Part shown: piece after piece, positions 26,271 through 38,713 of the stretch
Layout of the letters: each line of letters begins with the position of its first letter
Position numbering within the stretch: the first letter of the stretch is position 1
From: Eledone cirrhosa
Lineage: Eukaryota
Reading direction: 5' to 3'
NCBI GenBank assembly: GCA_964016885.1
Contig: OZ024741.1
Location: 201,624,001-201,688,000, forward strand
Length of the DNA stretch: 64,000 bases
Notes under the pieces: model-generated
Told to the model about the DNA's origin: nothing
The model's database searches: none
What the model saw: only the letters and a program-made list of their open reading frames with translations
Made by a program: the position numbers and the translations under genes

Positions 26271-26615
26271 GTACATGCCAGTATATATATCTTAAATATC
26301 TGTAAGATGTATTAATGTTTATAGTATAATTTGTACTTTAGATTCTCAAACTACAAATGAATAATTATTGTAATAAAAAAAATGTTTAAGATATATAAAT
26401 CCTAGAAAGTATGTATAGATATTTACCTATTATTTTCTAGTCAGGATTTAAAAGAAACATTCTAAAATACCTTCTGTACATTTCGAGCATTTGAAATGTT
26501 ATGGTTACCGTTACTAAACTGTAAATTCAAATTTGGTTCCTAGTTTCATAAATTGTGCTATTATCTAACGATTTCTTCATGTATATTAGATATTTTTTTT
26601 TACTTGAAATGAATA

Positions 26616-27510
26616 TCTCTCTCTATATAAAATTCTTTTTCTCTCAGTCTATCTGTTTGTCTGTCTGTCTGTTCCTATGCATTCTCAAATGGTTGGACAA
26701 AATCAAATCAAATTTTACAAGGTATTAGACCCCAGGAGTGTCAACATGTAATTTTTATTTTCATTTGGATTAAAGCAATATATTTTATCTAAAATAACCT
26801 TTCTATAGTGAACTCATTGTATGAGTGTGTATGTGTCAATGAGTGTGTGTGCGTTTGCAAGTTTGTTACATACGTTAGGCCTCAGAGAATTAAACACACA
26901 CACACACACACACACATCTACACATACATATAGACACACATACACATCTACAGATACATATGTAATGACAGACAGGTGTGTGTGAATGTATGTCTGTGTG
27001 TGTCTGTCTTAGTATATGTATGTGAGAGTGTATGTGTGTGAGTGTGTAGCAACAATTTATTCATTTGGACACCAACAAAAAATTACACAATGAATGTTGT
27101 TTACCCTAAGGTGCTTCAAGATTAACAGATTTTCATTTCTAAATTCTATTATCATTACAATTTTGATATTTTAAAAATAAAATATAGATATTTTGAAATA
27201 ATTATGAGATGGTTCATCTTCCCCATGACTATTAAGCATGTGCCATTGCATATACATGGCTGGTCCACATTTCTCAAAAGGATGATGAGAGTTCCAACCT
27301 TTTATATTATGTAAAGATTGTATTTTTATTATATATATATTATATATACACACACACATTCATAGATATATACACTCATAGACAAGCCATTTTCTTTGTT
27401 TTTTTTTTACAAAACCTAAAATAATAAATATATTAAACTCTACCTGTATAATTGCATGCAACTTCTCTATAGAACCTTATTGCGGGCTTGAAATTTGCGA
27501 CGCATACTAA
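26616..27510 (+). mobile_element. Probable non-autonomous Helitron-like repeat with internal microsatellites
   Basis: TC start, tctatataaa and (CTGT)n near the 5' end, with internal (CA)/(TG) tracts. The 3' end is not resolved. Confidence 0.4.
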
Positions 27511-27809
27511 CACAAAATGTAACAAGAGAAAAAAAAAAGATGTTGAGTGTAGTAGGGTGAGCTGGCTGGTCATGTCACTACTTTGTAAGAATATTGATTT
27601 TGTAAACAAATATACATTAATGACGTCTAACTTGAAATGATTGCTTAAGTAGTCATTTCAGAATTCAATTCTGCTACCAAACAAACGTGTCTGTGACAAT
27701 ACATACTCATGAATATATGTGTATGCTGAGTTCTCTATTGGCCAACTGTAAATGTTGCAATTAGTAGTGACAATTTAAGAGCACCAGTTAATATGTTCAT
27801 TCCAGGCAG

Positions 27810-28850
27810 GTATCATAAGCGGTACCCGGCCTCAGCGGAGAGGGGGGATAGCAAATCCTTGAGGTGCCCTGGTTGGAGACCATCAGCACCCTCGCTGCTG
27901 CTAGCTGGGAAGGACGTGATGGCAGACATGATGTCTGCATCGGAAGCCACAAGGAGCAGGTGGGGGTATGGATCGGAGGTCAGCGGGTGGCTCAGGGCAG
28001 CCAGGACCTCTTTGGTGGTTGGAAGAGTGTCCTCTGAGACAACCACTCTGACTGCGGCTTTGACATCACCCATGATAAGTTTAGCATTTACGCAGTCACG
28101 CAAACGCTTGGCTCTGGCCTCAGGGGTGGAGGATTGGAGGCACCCAAGAGCAGGGGTTGTGGCATCCTTTGGCACGCTTGGAATGGGCGCTTGCCCAAAG
28201 GATGAAACATTGGCCTTAACAAAGGCTGCTGTCAACAGGCCGCCTTGGTCAGTGACAGAGCTGGGGAGGCCAAGGGTGAGTGGGGTGAAATAGAAAAGGC
28301 ACTCCCAGTCACTGGCTCAATCGGAGTCCAGAGCTCTCTCGATTGGGGAAGTGAGGGCATCGGCTACCGGCACCTGGGCCGCTCTTGGGATCCTGAGCAG
28401 AATCTTCCGGAGCCGCCTGAGCCAAGCGATGTTGACCAGCGAGGCTTGGGCATCTGGTGGAGTGCCAGACAGCCGTGGCTGGGCAGACGAGGGGAAGAGA
28501 CAGTTTCTGCATCTCCACGCTGCGAAGACACTGGAAGCTTGATGCGTCAAGCCAACACAGGTGAGGTGGTGGAAGCAACCGCACCCCGAACAGTTCCGGC
28601 CCCTCTTCTGTCTGTTCGTGGTGGTGCAGATGTCGACTGGTGGGGATGGAGGATGGGGCGTGGAGCCGGGGACTGGAGCACCAAGCGACATTAGGGGTGA
28701 GTGGCTGGTTGTCACCAGCCCAGGTGCTAGGCACAACTGCACGTGGGTGGAAGGGAAAGTGTTGGTATAAGTGAGGCCTCATAGCTCACCTACATCAGAT
28801 ATGGAGGCGACAGAAGACAAGATAAAAGAGAAGGGGGGGAGGGGTTGCAT
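27810..28850 (-). mobile_element. CRE-clade non-LTR retrotransposon, inverted 5' part (PHD-like finger plus pre-RT region)
   Basis: GC-rich. Reads CSGC..HLTC..WRCRNC; RIPRAAQ; AKLIMGDVKAAVR; ITSFPASSSEGADGLQPGHLKDL (RT domain 0). Confidence 0.8.
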
Positions 28851-29119
28851 AGAGGGACACACATACGAAAGTAGAAAGTTAGTAAATAAATAAATTAATG
28901 AATGGATGAATGTACAAAAAGAAAACGGGGGGTTGTTCCCAGCGGAATGACCCAAAGGTTGTCATTGTCACTGATGCTGGAGTTGGCTTCCTCTTGTTAA
29001 TGGTGGTGGTAGTGATTGCTGGTAAGATGTTGGTGTATACACACATATGTTGTTATTATTGTCACTGCCGATGTCGTATCCTTCCTCTTGTTAATGGTAG
29101 TGGTAGTTGATGTTGATAC

Positions 29120-30930
29120 CTATTTCGGCTGCCAGGCTGGTTGCTGGGGCTCGAATGCCTTCCTTCACCCAAGATGCGGGGTCATTGTTATTGTCGAGAA
29201 ATGCTTTTAACTGCATACGCCGGGACCATCTGCTCAATGCCTGCCTCAGATGAGCCCTCTCCCCCTACCCGCTGGCCTACTTGTCATATGGAGCCCCAAG
29301 CATGCTCCTTGCTGCTGACGCAGTCATACCTTCGGCCACTGGGGTCCAATAGGGCGACCCTTTGGCCCCCTCCTGTTTGCCCTTGGTATAGACCACATTG
29401 CCCAGAGTATCACGGCCCCTCTCAACATTTGGTACCTGGATGATGCTACGCTGGGCAGGCCCATGGAAACTGTCTGCCATGACCTTCAATCGATGGTTCC
29501 TGCCCTGACGGGAATCGGCCTCCAGGTCAACTTGCCCAAGTCGGATGTGGTGAAGGTCAGCTGTGATGCTGAGAGCTTTGCAGCCTCCGTTTTGGACGTG
29601 CGGTCCATGCTCTACCAGGATGTCCTCACCCTCGAGTCACCGATCCACTCACCGGCCATCTGCTCCACCATCAGGTCTAGGCTCCAACAACTCCAGACCT
29701 TCACGAGCCGACTGGGCTTGATTGACGGTCACCTAGCTCTCTTCCTGTTGAGGAACTGCTTCGCCATGCCAAAGCTCCTCTACACCCTTCGCAGCGCTCC
29801 GTGCTACAGCCACGCATTTCTCCTCGCTGACCTCGATACTTGTATCCAAGCAGCAGCTGAGGAGATATGTAGCGTCAGGTTTGACGACATGGGATGGCAA
29901 CAGGCCACTTTACCTGTCAGTTATAGCGGCCTTGGCCTCCGGTCCCAAATCTCGCTGGCTTTGCCGGCGTTACTTTCATCGGTAACCTCATGCCACATCC
30001 TCATCAGCAGGGTTCTTCAAAACAAGAGAACCCTCTGTGTTCAGGGAACGTGATGTCGTCTGTGAGACGTGGGACCGGCTGGGACTTAGCCTGGTAGACG
30101 TCCCTCCTCCTAAAGCGTCAAGTCCCTCCAAAGCGTATGGGATGCCATCCAGTGCAGCCTGGCCTCAGACAGTCTCACGCACCAGCTCGACCAGCACCGC
30201 CTTGCCTGTTTTCGTGCGGCTTCCAAACCCCACAGTGGTGCCTGGCTCCATGCTTTCCCTCCTTCTCTACTAGCACACAGCTGGATAACGATATAAACGT
30301 GCACATCAGCATTTCCTTGAGGCTTGGACTCCGGATCTGCGAGCCACATAAATGTCACTGTGGGTCCATCGTGGACTCTTTCGGACTCCACCTGCTTTCC
30401 TGTTGCCACAGTGCCGGCCGCCTTCCACGCCATGCTGCACTCAACGAGGTCATTAAGCATGGCTTGGACTCTGCAGGCTTCCCCTCCCGGCTCGAGCCGG
30501 TGGGGCTGGATCAAGAGGATGGCAAACCCCTCATCTAGGATGCCACTTGCAGCGACACTTTCTCCAGCCAGAACCTGGTGCAGTCTGCGACTAACCCAGG
30601 TTCTGCTGCACGTCAGGCTGAGGAGGCCAAACTCTCCAAGTACCGGTCGCTCTCCGACAGGTTCGCGGTCGTGCCCTTGGCAGTGGAGACTTCTGGTGTC
30701 CTTGGCCCTATGGCTACCTCCCTATTCACCACCATAGGCACTGAGCTGGCCAGCCGCAGGTGTAAGCCTCGCTAGTTGGAATGGCTCTTCCAGCGCATCT
30801 CCCTTACCATCCTCCAGAGAAACGCCTTCTCCATCCTGTCCGCCGGGGCTGTGGGGAGGCCAGTACGTGGGACCCCATTTGCTCACCATACGGATTAATA
30901 GGCAAAGTTATAAACTATTGTAAATAAACC
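29120..30930 (+). mobile_element. CRE-clade non-LTR retrotransposon, 3' part (RT plus restriction-like endonuclease), frameshifted
   Basis: NAFNCIRR, GVQ*GDPLAP, WYLDD, PKLLYTLRS, QATLPVSYSGLGLR, RLGLRICEPHKCHCG...HLLSC, RHAALN, AEEAKLSKY, PLAVETSGVLG and QRISLTILQRNA. Confidence 0.88.
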
Positions 30931-30995
30931 ATATCCTTATCATTAGCAATGATTAGGATTATTCAAAATTTCCACAAGTGAAGTTACAAACTGTA

Positions 30996-31330
30996 TCTAT
31001 ATATAAATTTGAGCAACTTCTGTCCGTCCGTCCTTCCATCACACACTAGAGATGACTGAGGAAGAAAGGAGTAATGACGTTACACACTAGAGATGATTGA
31101 GGAAGGAAGGGATTATGACGTGACTGAGGAAGAAAGGAGTGATGATGTCACACATTAGAGATGACTGAGGAAGAAAGGGATGATGACAAATTACAGAAAA
31201 CAGTCTAACATTCACTACACTTGCATGTGACTATGTATGTGTAAATGTATGTCTGTGAGTGTGTTTGTGTGAATGTATGTCTGTAAGTGTGTCTGCGTTT
31301 GCATGTTTATAATAATATACTCATACACGT
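30996..31330 (+). mobile_element. Helitron 5' end (same family as 24200) with ~42-bp internal tandem repeats
   Basis: A|TCtatatataaa...tgtccgtccgtcc followed by 3-4 copies of cacactagagatgactgaggaagaaagg..gacgt. Homologous to the reverse complement of 24070-24200. Confidence 0.65.
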
Positions 31331-31584
31331 CAGTGTGTTGAAAAAAATTCTACTTTATGAAAAGCAACATGTGACATATGGTCAAAGCCTAAAATCAAAA
31401 TATTATCAACACGTGTGTGCAACTTATGTACTACTGCAACTTGTATATAAGTTTATGTGGTATATATCTCGTACTTATTTGCTCAAAAATCTCTGAACAG
31501 ATGTTTTGCCTGATTCCAGAAGAAATCACTTTCCTGATTTGGATATATATATAATTTCATTCTTTTTTTTTCTTCTTTTTTTAG

Positions 31585-31642
31585 GCTCGAAACTTGAGCA
31601 CAGGAGATCTTGCTGCAATAAAAGTTATAAAACTTGAGCCTG
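31585..31642 (+). CDS. MAP4K3: MAP4K3/MAP4K5-like kinase, coding exon (ARNLSTGDLAAIKVIKLEP/G; subdomain II Lys)
   Basis: Polypyrimidine-ttAG acceptor and GTAAGT donor; 58 bp. The peptide matches the GCK-I family AAIKVIKLEPG. Confidence 0.95.
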
Positions 31643-33776
31643 GTAAGTTTTCATTTTATTTTATTTAGAAATATTTAGTCTTCTATGTGACATTTCTTGA
31701 GAAATTGATTATTTTTGGATTCTGTAAAACATAAAAAGATTGATGCAATAATTGTAATAATATTTTCAGTTAGCTTGATATTGAAAATATTCATTTCTCG
31801 ATAATATATATTATATGAATAACATGTTACTGTTTCCAAATAGGTTAAATTAGCTTATAATGGAAAGACTTTCATAATTTATACAATAATGAAATTATTA
31901 AACAATCCTTGTTGTAGGTCTCTCTTTCTCTCTGTCAAATCCTGATTGTCTGCTGAATCAAAAGAGTGGTGTTTGGGAGGGTGTGTCTGCTCACTACTTC
32001 ATGGGCACCTAGAACCAATAGCAAAAACATGATACATATTACAAAGTCATACTCATTGTGAATGACGGCCATAGTTTAGTATTCATTGAAGATCAAATTT
32101 GATAAATGCAGGATTGAAAATTAAATACCATGGGAGCCACATTAAAAATTATATATGTTCCTACAAATATGATATTAATATTTAGCCAAATAGAAAGGGT
32201 GGTGGATTGGCAGAATTGGTAGTGTCGGATAAAAGGTCATTGCAATATTTGTTCAAGCTCCTTATATCCTGTGTTCAAATTTCACCAAGGTCAACTTTGC
32301 CCTTTCCTCAAATTTACTGTCCGTGTGCCTAAATAAAAATCAATATTTAGCCACATAGGACATGCAAATACACTTTCAACATATCTGTTGATAATAAGAT
32401 AGCTTATGTTTTGTACCTATAAAGTTTATAGCAGAAGATAAAAAAGTAAACTAAAGTACCTCTTATAAACCTTCTCATTTTATATCACTTGAAATCACGA
32501 AAATCAAATAGTCTGCCTATTGCAGAAACATTTTCATTATTAGACTGGTATTTGGTATATAACAAAAGGTTATGTTCCATAAAATTTTGATGAAAGGTTT
32601 TTAGGTAAATATAGACACTTTAAAATAACAATTTTATATTGTAGAGTCTGGGACAGTGTAGGGCCTTTTCGTCAATCTGTTTATTCTTTTATTGATCTCA
32701 GTCATTAAACTCCAATCATGCTAGGACACCACCATAAAGTCAATTATCAACCCTTAGTACTTTTTTTTTTTTTTTCGATGTCAGTTATTTTATCAATTTC
32801 TTTTTGTTGAATTGCTAAGTTACAGGACATAAACACAGACACAAGCACGAACACACACATATAAATGTGCACACACATACACACACACACAATAGGCAGT
32901 TTCTGTTCCTCAAATTTCACTCAACTGAAGGGTATCCAGCTATAGAAAACTTGCCAAACAAAACACTAGGAGGAATCTTCAGTTGTGCTAAAGACATAGC
33001 AACCTCCTTAGTGTTAGTGCCATGTTAAAATACACCTGGTAGACCCAGGGAACGTATTTAAATGAAATGCAGTCCTCTGCCTATCTGTGAGGTCATGAGC
33101 AATAATTAAGTACTGATTTGGCTGGTGATGATCTGTCCAACTATTATGAGCAGGGAAATATGTTAAATGATAACAACAATGATGATGATGATGAAATATC
33201 TTTATGGCAGATAATTTAACAAAAGAACAGACTTTATGCAAATTATGATTTGTTTAGTGTGTGTTCTGTTCCAAAGTTTATAGTTTTGGCATATTTAATA
33301 TATATAAAGCCCACTTATTAACATATAAAAAAACTCACTTATTTTATTGCTAATTTAAATTTTTGTTTTATTCCTCTCTGTATGTTCTCGTAGTATTCTG
33401 CCATTAGATAATGATTTGGTTTTTAATTGCAGAAATATTAGTTGGCCTCATATTCTTAAATCAGATATATTAATTATATTTATTGTTGGTCTCTTAACAT
33501 TGCTTAATGTCAAACAATGATAATATAAGTAATTGCAATTGTGTTCATTTTGATTTGATTTGATCAAACAAAATATCTCTCTTCAATACTCTTTTCTCAT
33601 TTACTATGTTGACACTATCAAAGTTGTTTGAACGCACATTTGAGATTGAGTATATATAGTATCACATTTGTATTTTATACCTCAGATATTGTATGTAATT
33701 AGTTGTACATTTGTCTGCTAGTTATTTGTGAGATGTTTCTAAAAACAATACAACAATCATTATGATTGTTGTATTG

Positions 33777-33966
33777 CGGTGGATTGGCAGTATCGGTAGA
33801 GAGTCGGACGCCATGCTTTGTAGCATGGAGTTACGCCCCTTTATGATATGAGTTCAAATCCCGCCGAGGTTAACTTTGCCTTTCATCCTTACAGGGTCGA
33901 GAAAATAAAATACCAGTAATACACTGGGTAATTGCTGACCTTGTGCCAAAAGTAGAAACAATTATG
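33777..33966 (+). mobile_element. tRNA-derived SINE with Nin/Deu-like domain
   Basis: A-box-like tggcagtatcgg, B box gagttcaaatcc and ctttgcctttcatccttacagggtcga. Near-identical inverted copy at 43994-44175. Confidence 0.85.
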
Positions 33967-34057
33967 ATAATAAATGTCTTCAGTTCTTCTTTCGAGAGCA
34001 AAAATAGTTTTCTTTTTAACTAGAAATCACCCAAGGTTTTTATATAATTTAATAACT

Positions 34058-34300
34058 TTAGCCCTTTTGTAACTAATGAAATACACTGCCTATGTGTATC
34101 AATTAATTTTGAAAATTTGAAGAATTTAATGAGATAAATAACCATTTCATTATTAAACTAATTTTTAAAATATTTCTTAACAAAAATTTCTTAAATAGAA
34201 TTATGATGGAAGGTTTTAATATAAGTATAGACATTTAAAAATATGTAGTTGTGAATCAAAACTAGAACTGTTTCAGGTAGTTTGGTATCAAAAGGGTTAC
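34058..34300 (-). mobile_element. TTAA-type MITE family B
   Basis: ttag-cccttttgt...tatcaaaaggg-ttac; inverted relative to 34488-34909. Confidence 0.6.
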
Positions 34301-34487
34301 ATATATAGTTGTATTTTTTATAAAATTACAGTAAATCACCATTGAAACAAGCAAACATTTAAAATTGGGCTTGATATCATGGACATTATTTGTAAAGTAT
34401 TTTCACTCATTATCCCATTGGATTTTTAGAGACCTTTTTTTATTTATTCTATTCTATTCTATTTATTTATTTACTTTTTGTAATATT

Positions 34488-34909
34488 TTAACCCTTTTGA
34501 TACCAACCCGTCGAAAACTGCTTTTCAAACAAACCTACCCATTTAAAGGGCTCCTACATAAATTAAAATCTCCCAACATAATTTTATATAAGAACCATAT
34601 GTTACGTTGCGAATAGCATCTTAACCCTTTAGCATTTAAACCAGCCATATCTGGCCAGAATTCTCTCACCTCTTTCTGTTCAAACTGGTTGTAACCGGCC
34701 ACTCATACTGATGTTAAGGTATTGTTCTCAAAATAAATAATATCAAAATCTCATCGATTCAGTATTATGTGAGGTAAAGTGTTTACCGTGAAAATACAAT
34801 AATAAATATAGAGTAATGTAAATGCTAAAGGGTTAATGATGAAATAATTTTAGTAATTCCCTCCAAATTCTTGATTAATCAATTAGAAATATGTTAGTGA
34901 AAGGGTTAA
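34488..34909 (+). mobile_element. TTAA-type MITE family B containing a nested family A MITE
   Basis: TTAA-cccttttgatacc...gtgaaaggg-TTAA, interrupted at an internal TTAA by 34621-34836. Confidence 0.7.
34621..34836 (+). mobile_element. TTAA MITE family A, intact
   Basis: Perfect TIRs CCCTTTAGCATTTA / TAAATGCTAAAGGG with TTAA on both sides. Confidence 0.9.
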
Positions 34910-35369
34910 TCAATGATTTTTACTCTGATACTTATTACCACAAATAAATATAAGGCTTATATGATGCATTTTCTTTTTACCTCTTTATTTTTTATTTTGT
35001 TTGCAACACCCCCTTTTATGATGTGCATAGTTGTTTTTCTACAGTAGTCAAACTTCTAAAAATTAGTTATAACATGCCATTCTTGCAGATCTAGAGAGAA
35101 TGCGTGTGATAAAGTGTATAATAGGTAGTCTCCAAAGTGAGTAATGGTATCAGCAGAAAATGAGGATAGAACAAGCAGAGTAAAAGAAAACAAGGTCATT
35201 ATACTTCTATCCCCCCCCCCACACACACACATATATATATACTAGCAGTAACTCACTATCGTTTTGACAGAGATAGTAGCTTTTATATGTAGTAGTTATT
35301 TACAGTGTATTTTTGCCTTTCGTAATTAATTTTAGCCCCAGATCATCCCCTATTGATTATCTTTTGTCA

Positions 35370-36050
35370 TATCTCTTTCTGCTCCCAATAGAGTATTGGG
35401 CAACAAGTGATTTCAACACAGCACAGTTGCAAGCACAGCCACAAGAACTCTTGCAGGCCAATCCCATATCTGTCAAGTCCTCCTTCACAGTCCTCAATCA
35501 AGTCTTTACAGATCCTAGCTTCCACTCAAGAGAAACTTTCATTAGTCTCTTGTGGGCAATCATAGCACACGACCAAGCATCTTCAACCATCTTAGAACAA
35601 TGGTATCCACTCAGTCCGGCACTTTCCATGACTTCTTCATTCATGATGTAGTCACACCTAGAAATTCTTAGTATGATCCTAAGGCAACATCTGTAGAAGA
35701 CATCTGCTGTTCTATAGATTTCCCTGGTCTTTTTTCCTGGGTGAATTCAGGGTGACAGACTAACAGAATACATCCTGATGAAAAAAAGAAGCTGTGGCAA
35801 ACAGTTTTGAGGCTATTTCCAACAGACGGGATTTCTGGCAAATCGCTCCAGCTGGATTATGTATTAATCATCTTGGGGATCTCCCTGGCAACTGTATCTC
35901 TTATTCATAGTGAAGAAAGTGATACTGGAAATGCACACTCCCAATGCCATTATAAGCTTCATTGCATAGATATCTCTTGCAATGTGAATCTTAAGATCCC
36001 TAAAGTTTCCTAGGTTTTGTCTTCTAGATTTTCTTCAGCCACAACATTAC
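35370..36050 (-). mobile_element. Decayed RTE-like LINE 3' fragment
   Basis: Minus-strand remnants resembling LRxILG...RWLGHV (KMLGRVL) and the RTE terminus; many disruptions. Confidence 0.45.
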
Positions 36051-36214
36051 ATTTTGCTTATAACAGGTGGTAATCAGAACTAATATCTAATCCCCAGCAG
36101 GCTCACATCATGAAGTACCAATCTACATCTTTTTATGCAAACGTAATTGATTTCATTTTTGTATTTCCATCTGGTGACTGCCAAATTTTCTTATGTATCT
36201 ATTTGTTTGACAGG

Positions 36215-36540
36215 CACATGAAGGATGTGGCTTAGTGGTTAGGGTGTTCAGCTCATAATCATAAGATCACTAGTTCAATTCCTGGACCAGACGGTGTGTT
36301 GAGTCTTTGACAAGATGCTTTATTTCACATTGCTCTTATCCACTCAGCTGGCAAAAATGAGTTGTACCTTTAATTCAAGGTGCCAGCCTTGTCACCCACT
36401 GTGTCATGTTGAATCTCGTTGAGAACTACTTTAAGGGCACACATTTGTGGAATGCTCAGTCACTTACACATAATTTTCATGAGCAAGCAGTTCTTTGATT
36501 GAATCAACCCGAGCACTTATTGTCGAAAATGACAGGTCCA
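36215..36540 (+). mobile_element. tRNA-derived SINE with the same head/core as 24247 but a different 3' part
   Basis: tggcttagtggttag, agttcaattcc and ttgacaagatgctttatttcacattgctc...ccactcagctg, then an unrelated tail. Confidence 0.75.
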
Positions 36541-37014
36541 ACAACATCTATTTATGTGTAAAATGAATATTTTCAATGTACATTGCTATTTCCATTTTTT
36601 CTCCATTATCATTTGTCAGTTGAGCTGACCCATGCAGTCTAATAACATGTTCCAGTCTTTGTCTGTTCCCACTGAGCTGTTTTTTTCATCAGCTACTTGG
36701 ATTTTATATCTGTGTGTGCATGCATACACATCCACAACACCTGCTGCCGGATGATATCCATCATCCTCAAACCAGTAATTGGTGCAGGTTAGTTGTTTTT
36801 TGCCAGAAGGGGTTGAGTATGGCTTTGAAGATGTGTTCTCTTTTACTTTTGCCTGTGTAATATGGGTCTTGTGGATGGGGTTGAGTGTAGGTTTATGGAA
36901 GACATTTGCTTCAGTTCATCGATAGCATTGGATTGGTGTAGATTTGTTTGTTTAAGTTAAAGCAATTGACTGTCTACATATGTGTGTGGGACTATATGAT
37001 GTGCTTGTCATCTT

Positions 37015-38460
37015 TTGTTTCTTATTAATGAGATAAGTGGTAGAAAGGAGAAATCTTAGGCTCAGCCTAAAAACGTAAATCTGGATGGTTAGGGCACTTC
37101 AACACATTTCTTGGAGAACCTCCCAGAGTAACATATAATCCACTCAATATTCCTATGATCTCATTCACAATTGAAGAATTGCAGTCTGTACTTGAGCAGC
37201 TACCTAAAAATAAGGCCATTAGTATAACAATGATTATTTGGAATAATAAAAATTTCCACCCTCTCCTTGAACTTTGCAACCTTGTATTCGACACCCAAAA
37301 TGTTCCTCCACTTTAGCTCACCTCAGATTTAATTCCGCTTCCAAAGAAGGGAAATCTTACACTATTTAAAAGCTAAGATGTACAATAAGTTGATTCTCAA
37401 CAAGATATTTCTTTTCCTGAATGGCATTTTGAGGAGAAATCAAAATGGATTTTGCACAGATCCTGTCCTTGCAGAGAATCATTGAAGAAATAAGCCATGA
37501 CAATAAAGTTTTTTTGCATAATTTTTGAAAGCATTTGACTCTAAATTACCAAGAGGAGAAACAGAATATTTCAATATAGTGGTTAGGGTTCTTCAAGGGG
37601 ATAGTCTAGCTCCTTTTCTCTTTATAATTATTCTGAACTACATCCTACATATTTCTTTGGATGGTAATAAAATGAAAGATGTTATGCTTAAGCCCATAAG
37701 AAGCAGAAAATATCCTGCTGAATTTGTCACTGATCTAGACTTTGCTGATGATTTGGTTTTTTCTCTCAAACTGAATAGCAAATACCCAATTACTCCTTCA
37801 TGCACTGGAGTCAGATGCTGCTCATGTTGTATTCTACTGCAGTGACTAAAAAACCGAGTTTATCTCAACAGAATTTGATGTTAGCATAGTCACAGTAAAC
37901 AGGAAATCCTCAAAGCAATTAGAAGACTTTAAGTTCCTTAATTATCTCAGAAAAGGACTTCCAAATACATAGAGCCCAGGTCTAGAATGTATTTCATGAG
38001 CTGAATAAAATTTGGAAATCCAATATACCAAACAAACTTAAAATCAACCTGTTTAGAACAACACCGGAGCCTGTCCTTCTCTATAGTTCTAAGACCTTGA
38101 CCTTGCACTCCCATCTACAGAACCATTTAGATAGATGTTACACTGCCCTTCTTAGAAAGGCTTAAATCTTACTTGGCAGACCCATCCCACACTTAATCAG
38201 ATAAACGGAAAAATACCCAAAGAAAGTTCATAACAGATTGAACGTCGTACAAAGTTTGCAGATTACTGCTTCCATGCGAAAGATAAGAGTTTCAGACTTC
38301 TTGTTGTGGGAGATCTCTTCTGTCAGAAAACTCAGATACCTTTAGCAAGGACGCTGGAATTGACAAGGAAGACCTACAAACCTTGATGGGAAACAATGAC
38401 TGTTGGCCTGAAGTTGTACTTGCTATCTCACCTAAAGGCAATGGATAGGATATGATGTAA
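37015..38460 (+). mobile_element. Decayed RTE-like LINE RT fragment (different family)
   Basis: IPLPKKGNL, NQNGF, VLQGDSLAPFLFIIIL and DLDFADD; multiple frameshifts. Confidence 0.75.
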
Positions 38461-38622
38461 TGAACAGTTTCTATGATGTGATGAAAACATTTCTAAACAT
38501 TTTTTTTTTTTGTTACATTAACATTTGAAATAAATATTGCTCTCATAGTAAGAACTGATGTGAAATAAACTCTTTTTGACATTTTATTTTTCTTATTAAA
38601 TTTTGAATCTCTTTCATTGTAG

Positions 38623-38713
38623 GAGATGATTTTGCTGTTATTCAGCAAGAGATAGTAATGATGAAAGACTGTAAGCATGCTAACATAGTAGCCTATTTTG
38701 GTAGTTATCTCAG
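38623..38713 (+). CDS. MAP4K3: MAP4K3-like coding exon ([31 protein letters not shown])
   Basis: tgtAG acceptor and GTGAGT donor; 91 bp. Phase is compatible with the flanking exons; contains the alphaC Glu. Confidence 0.97.
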
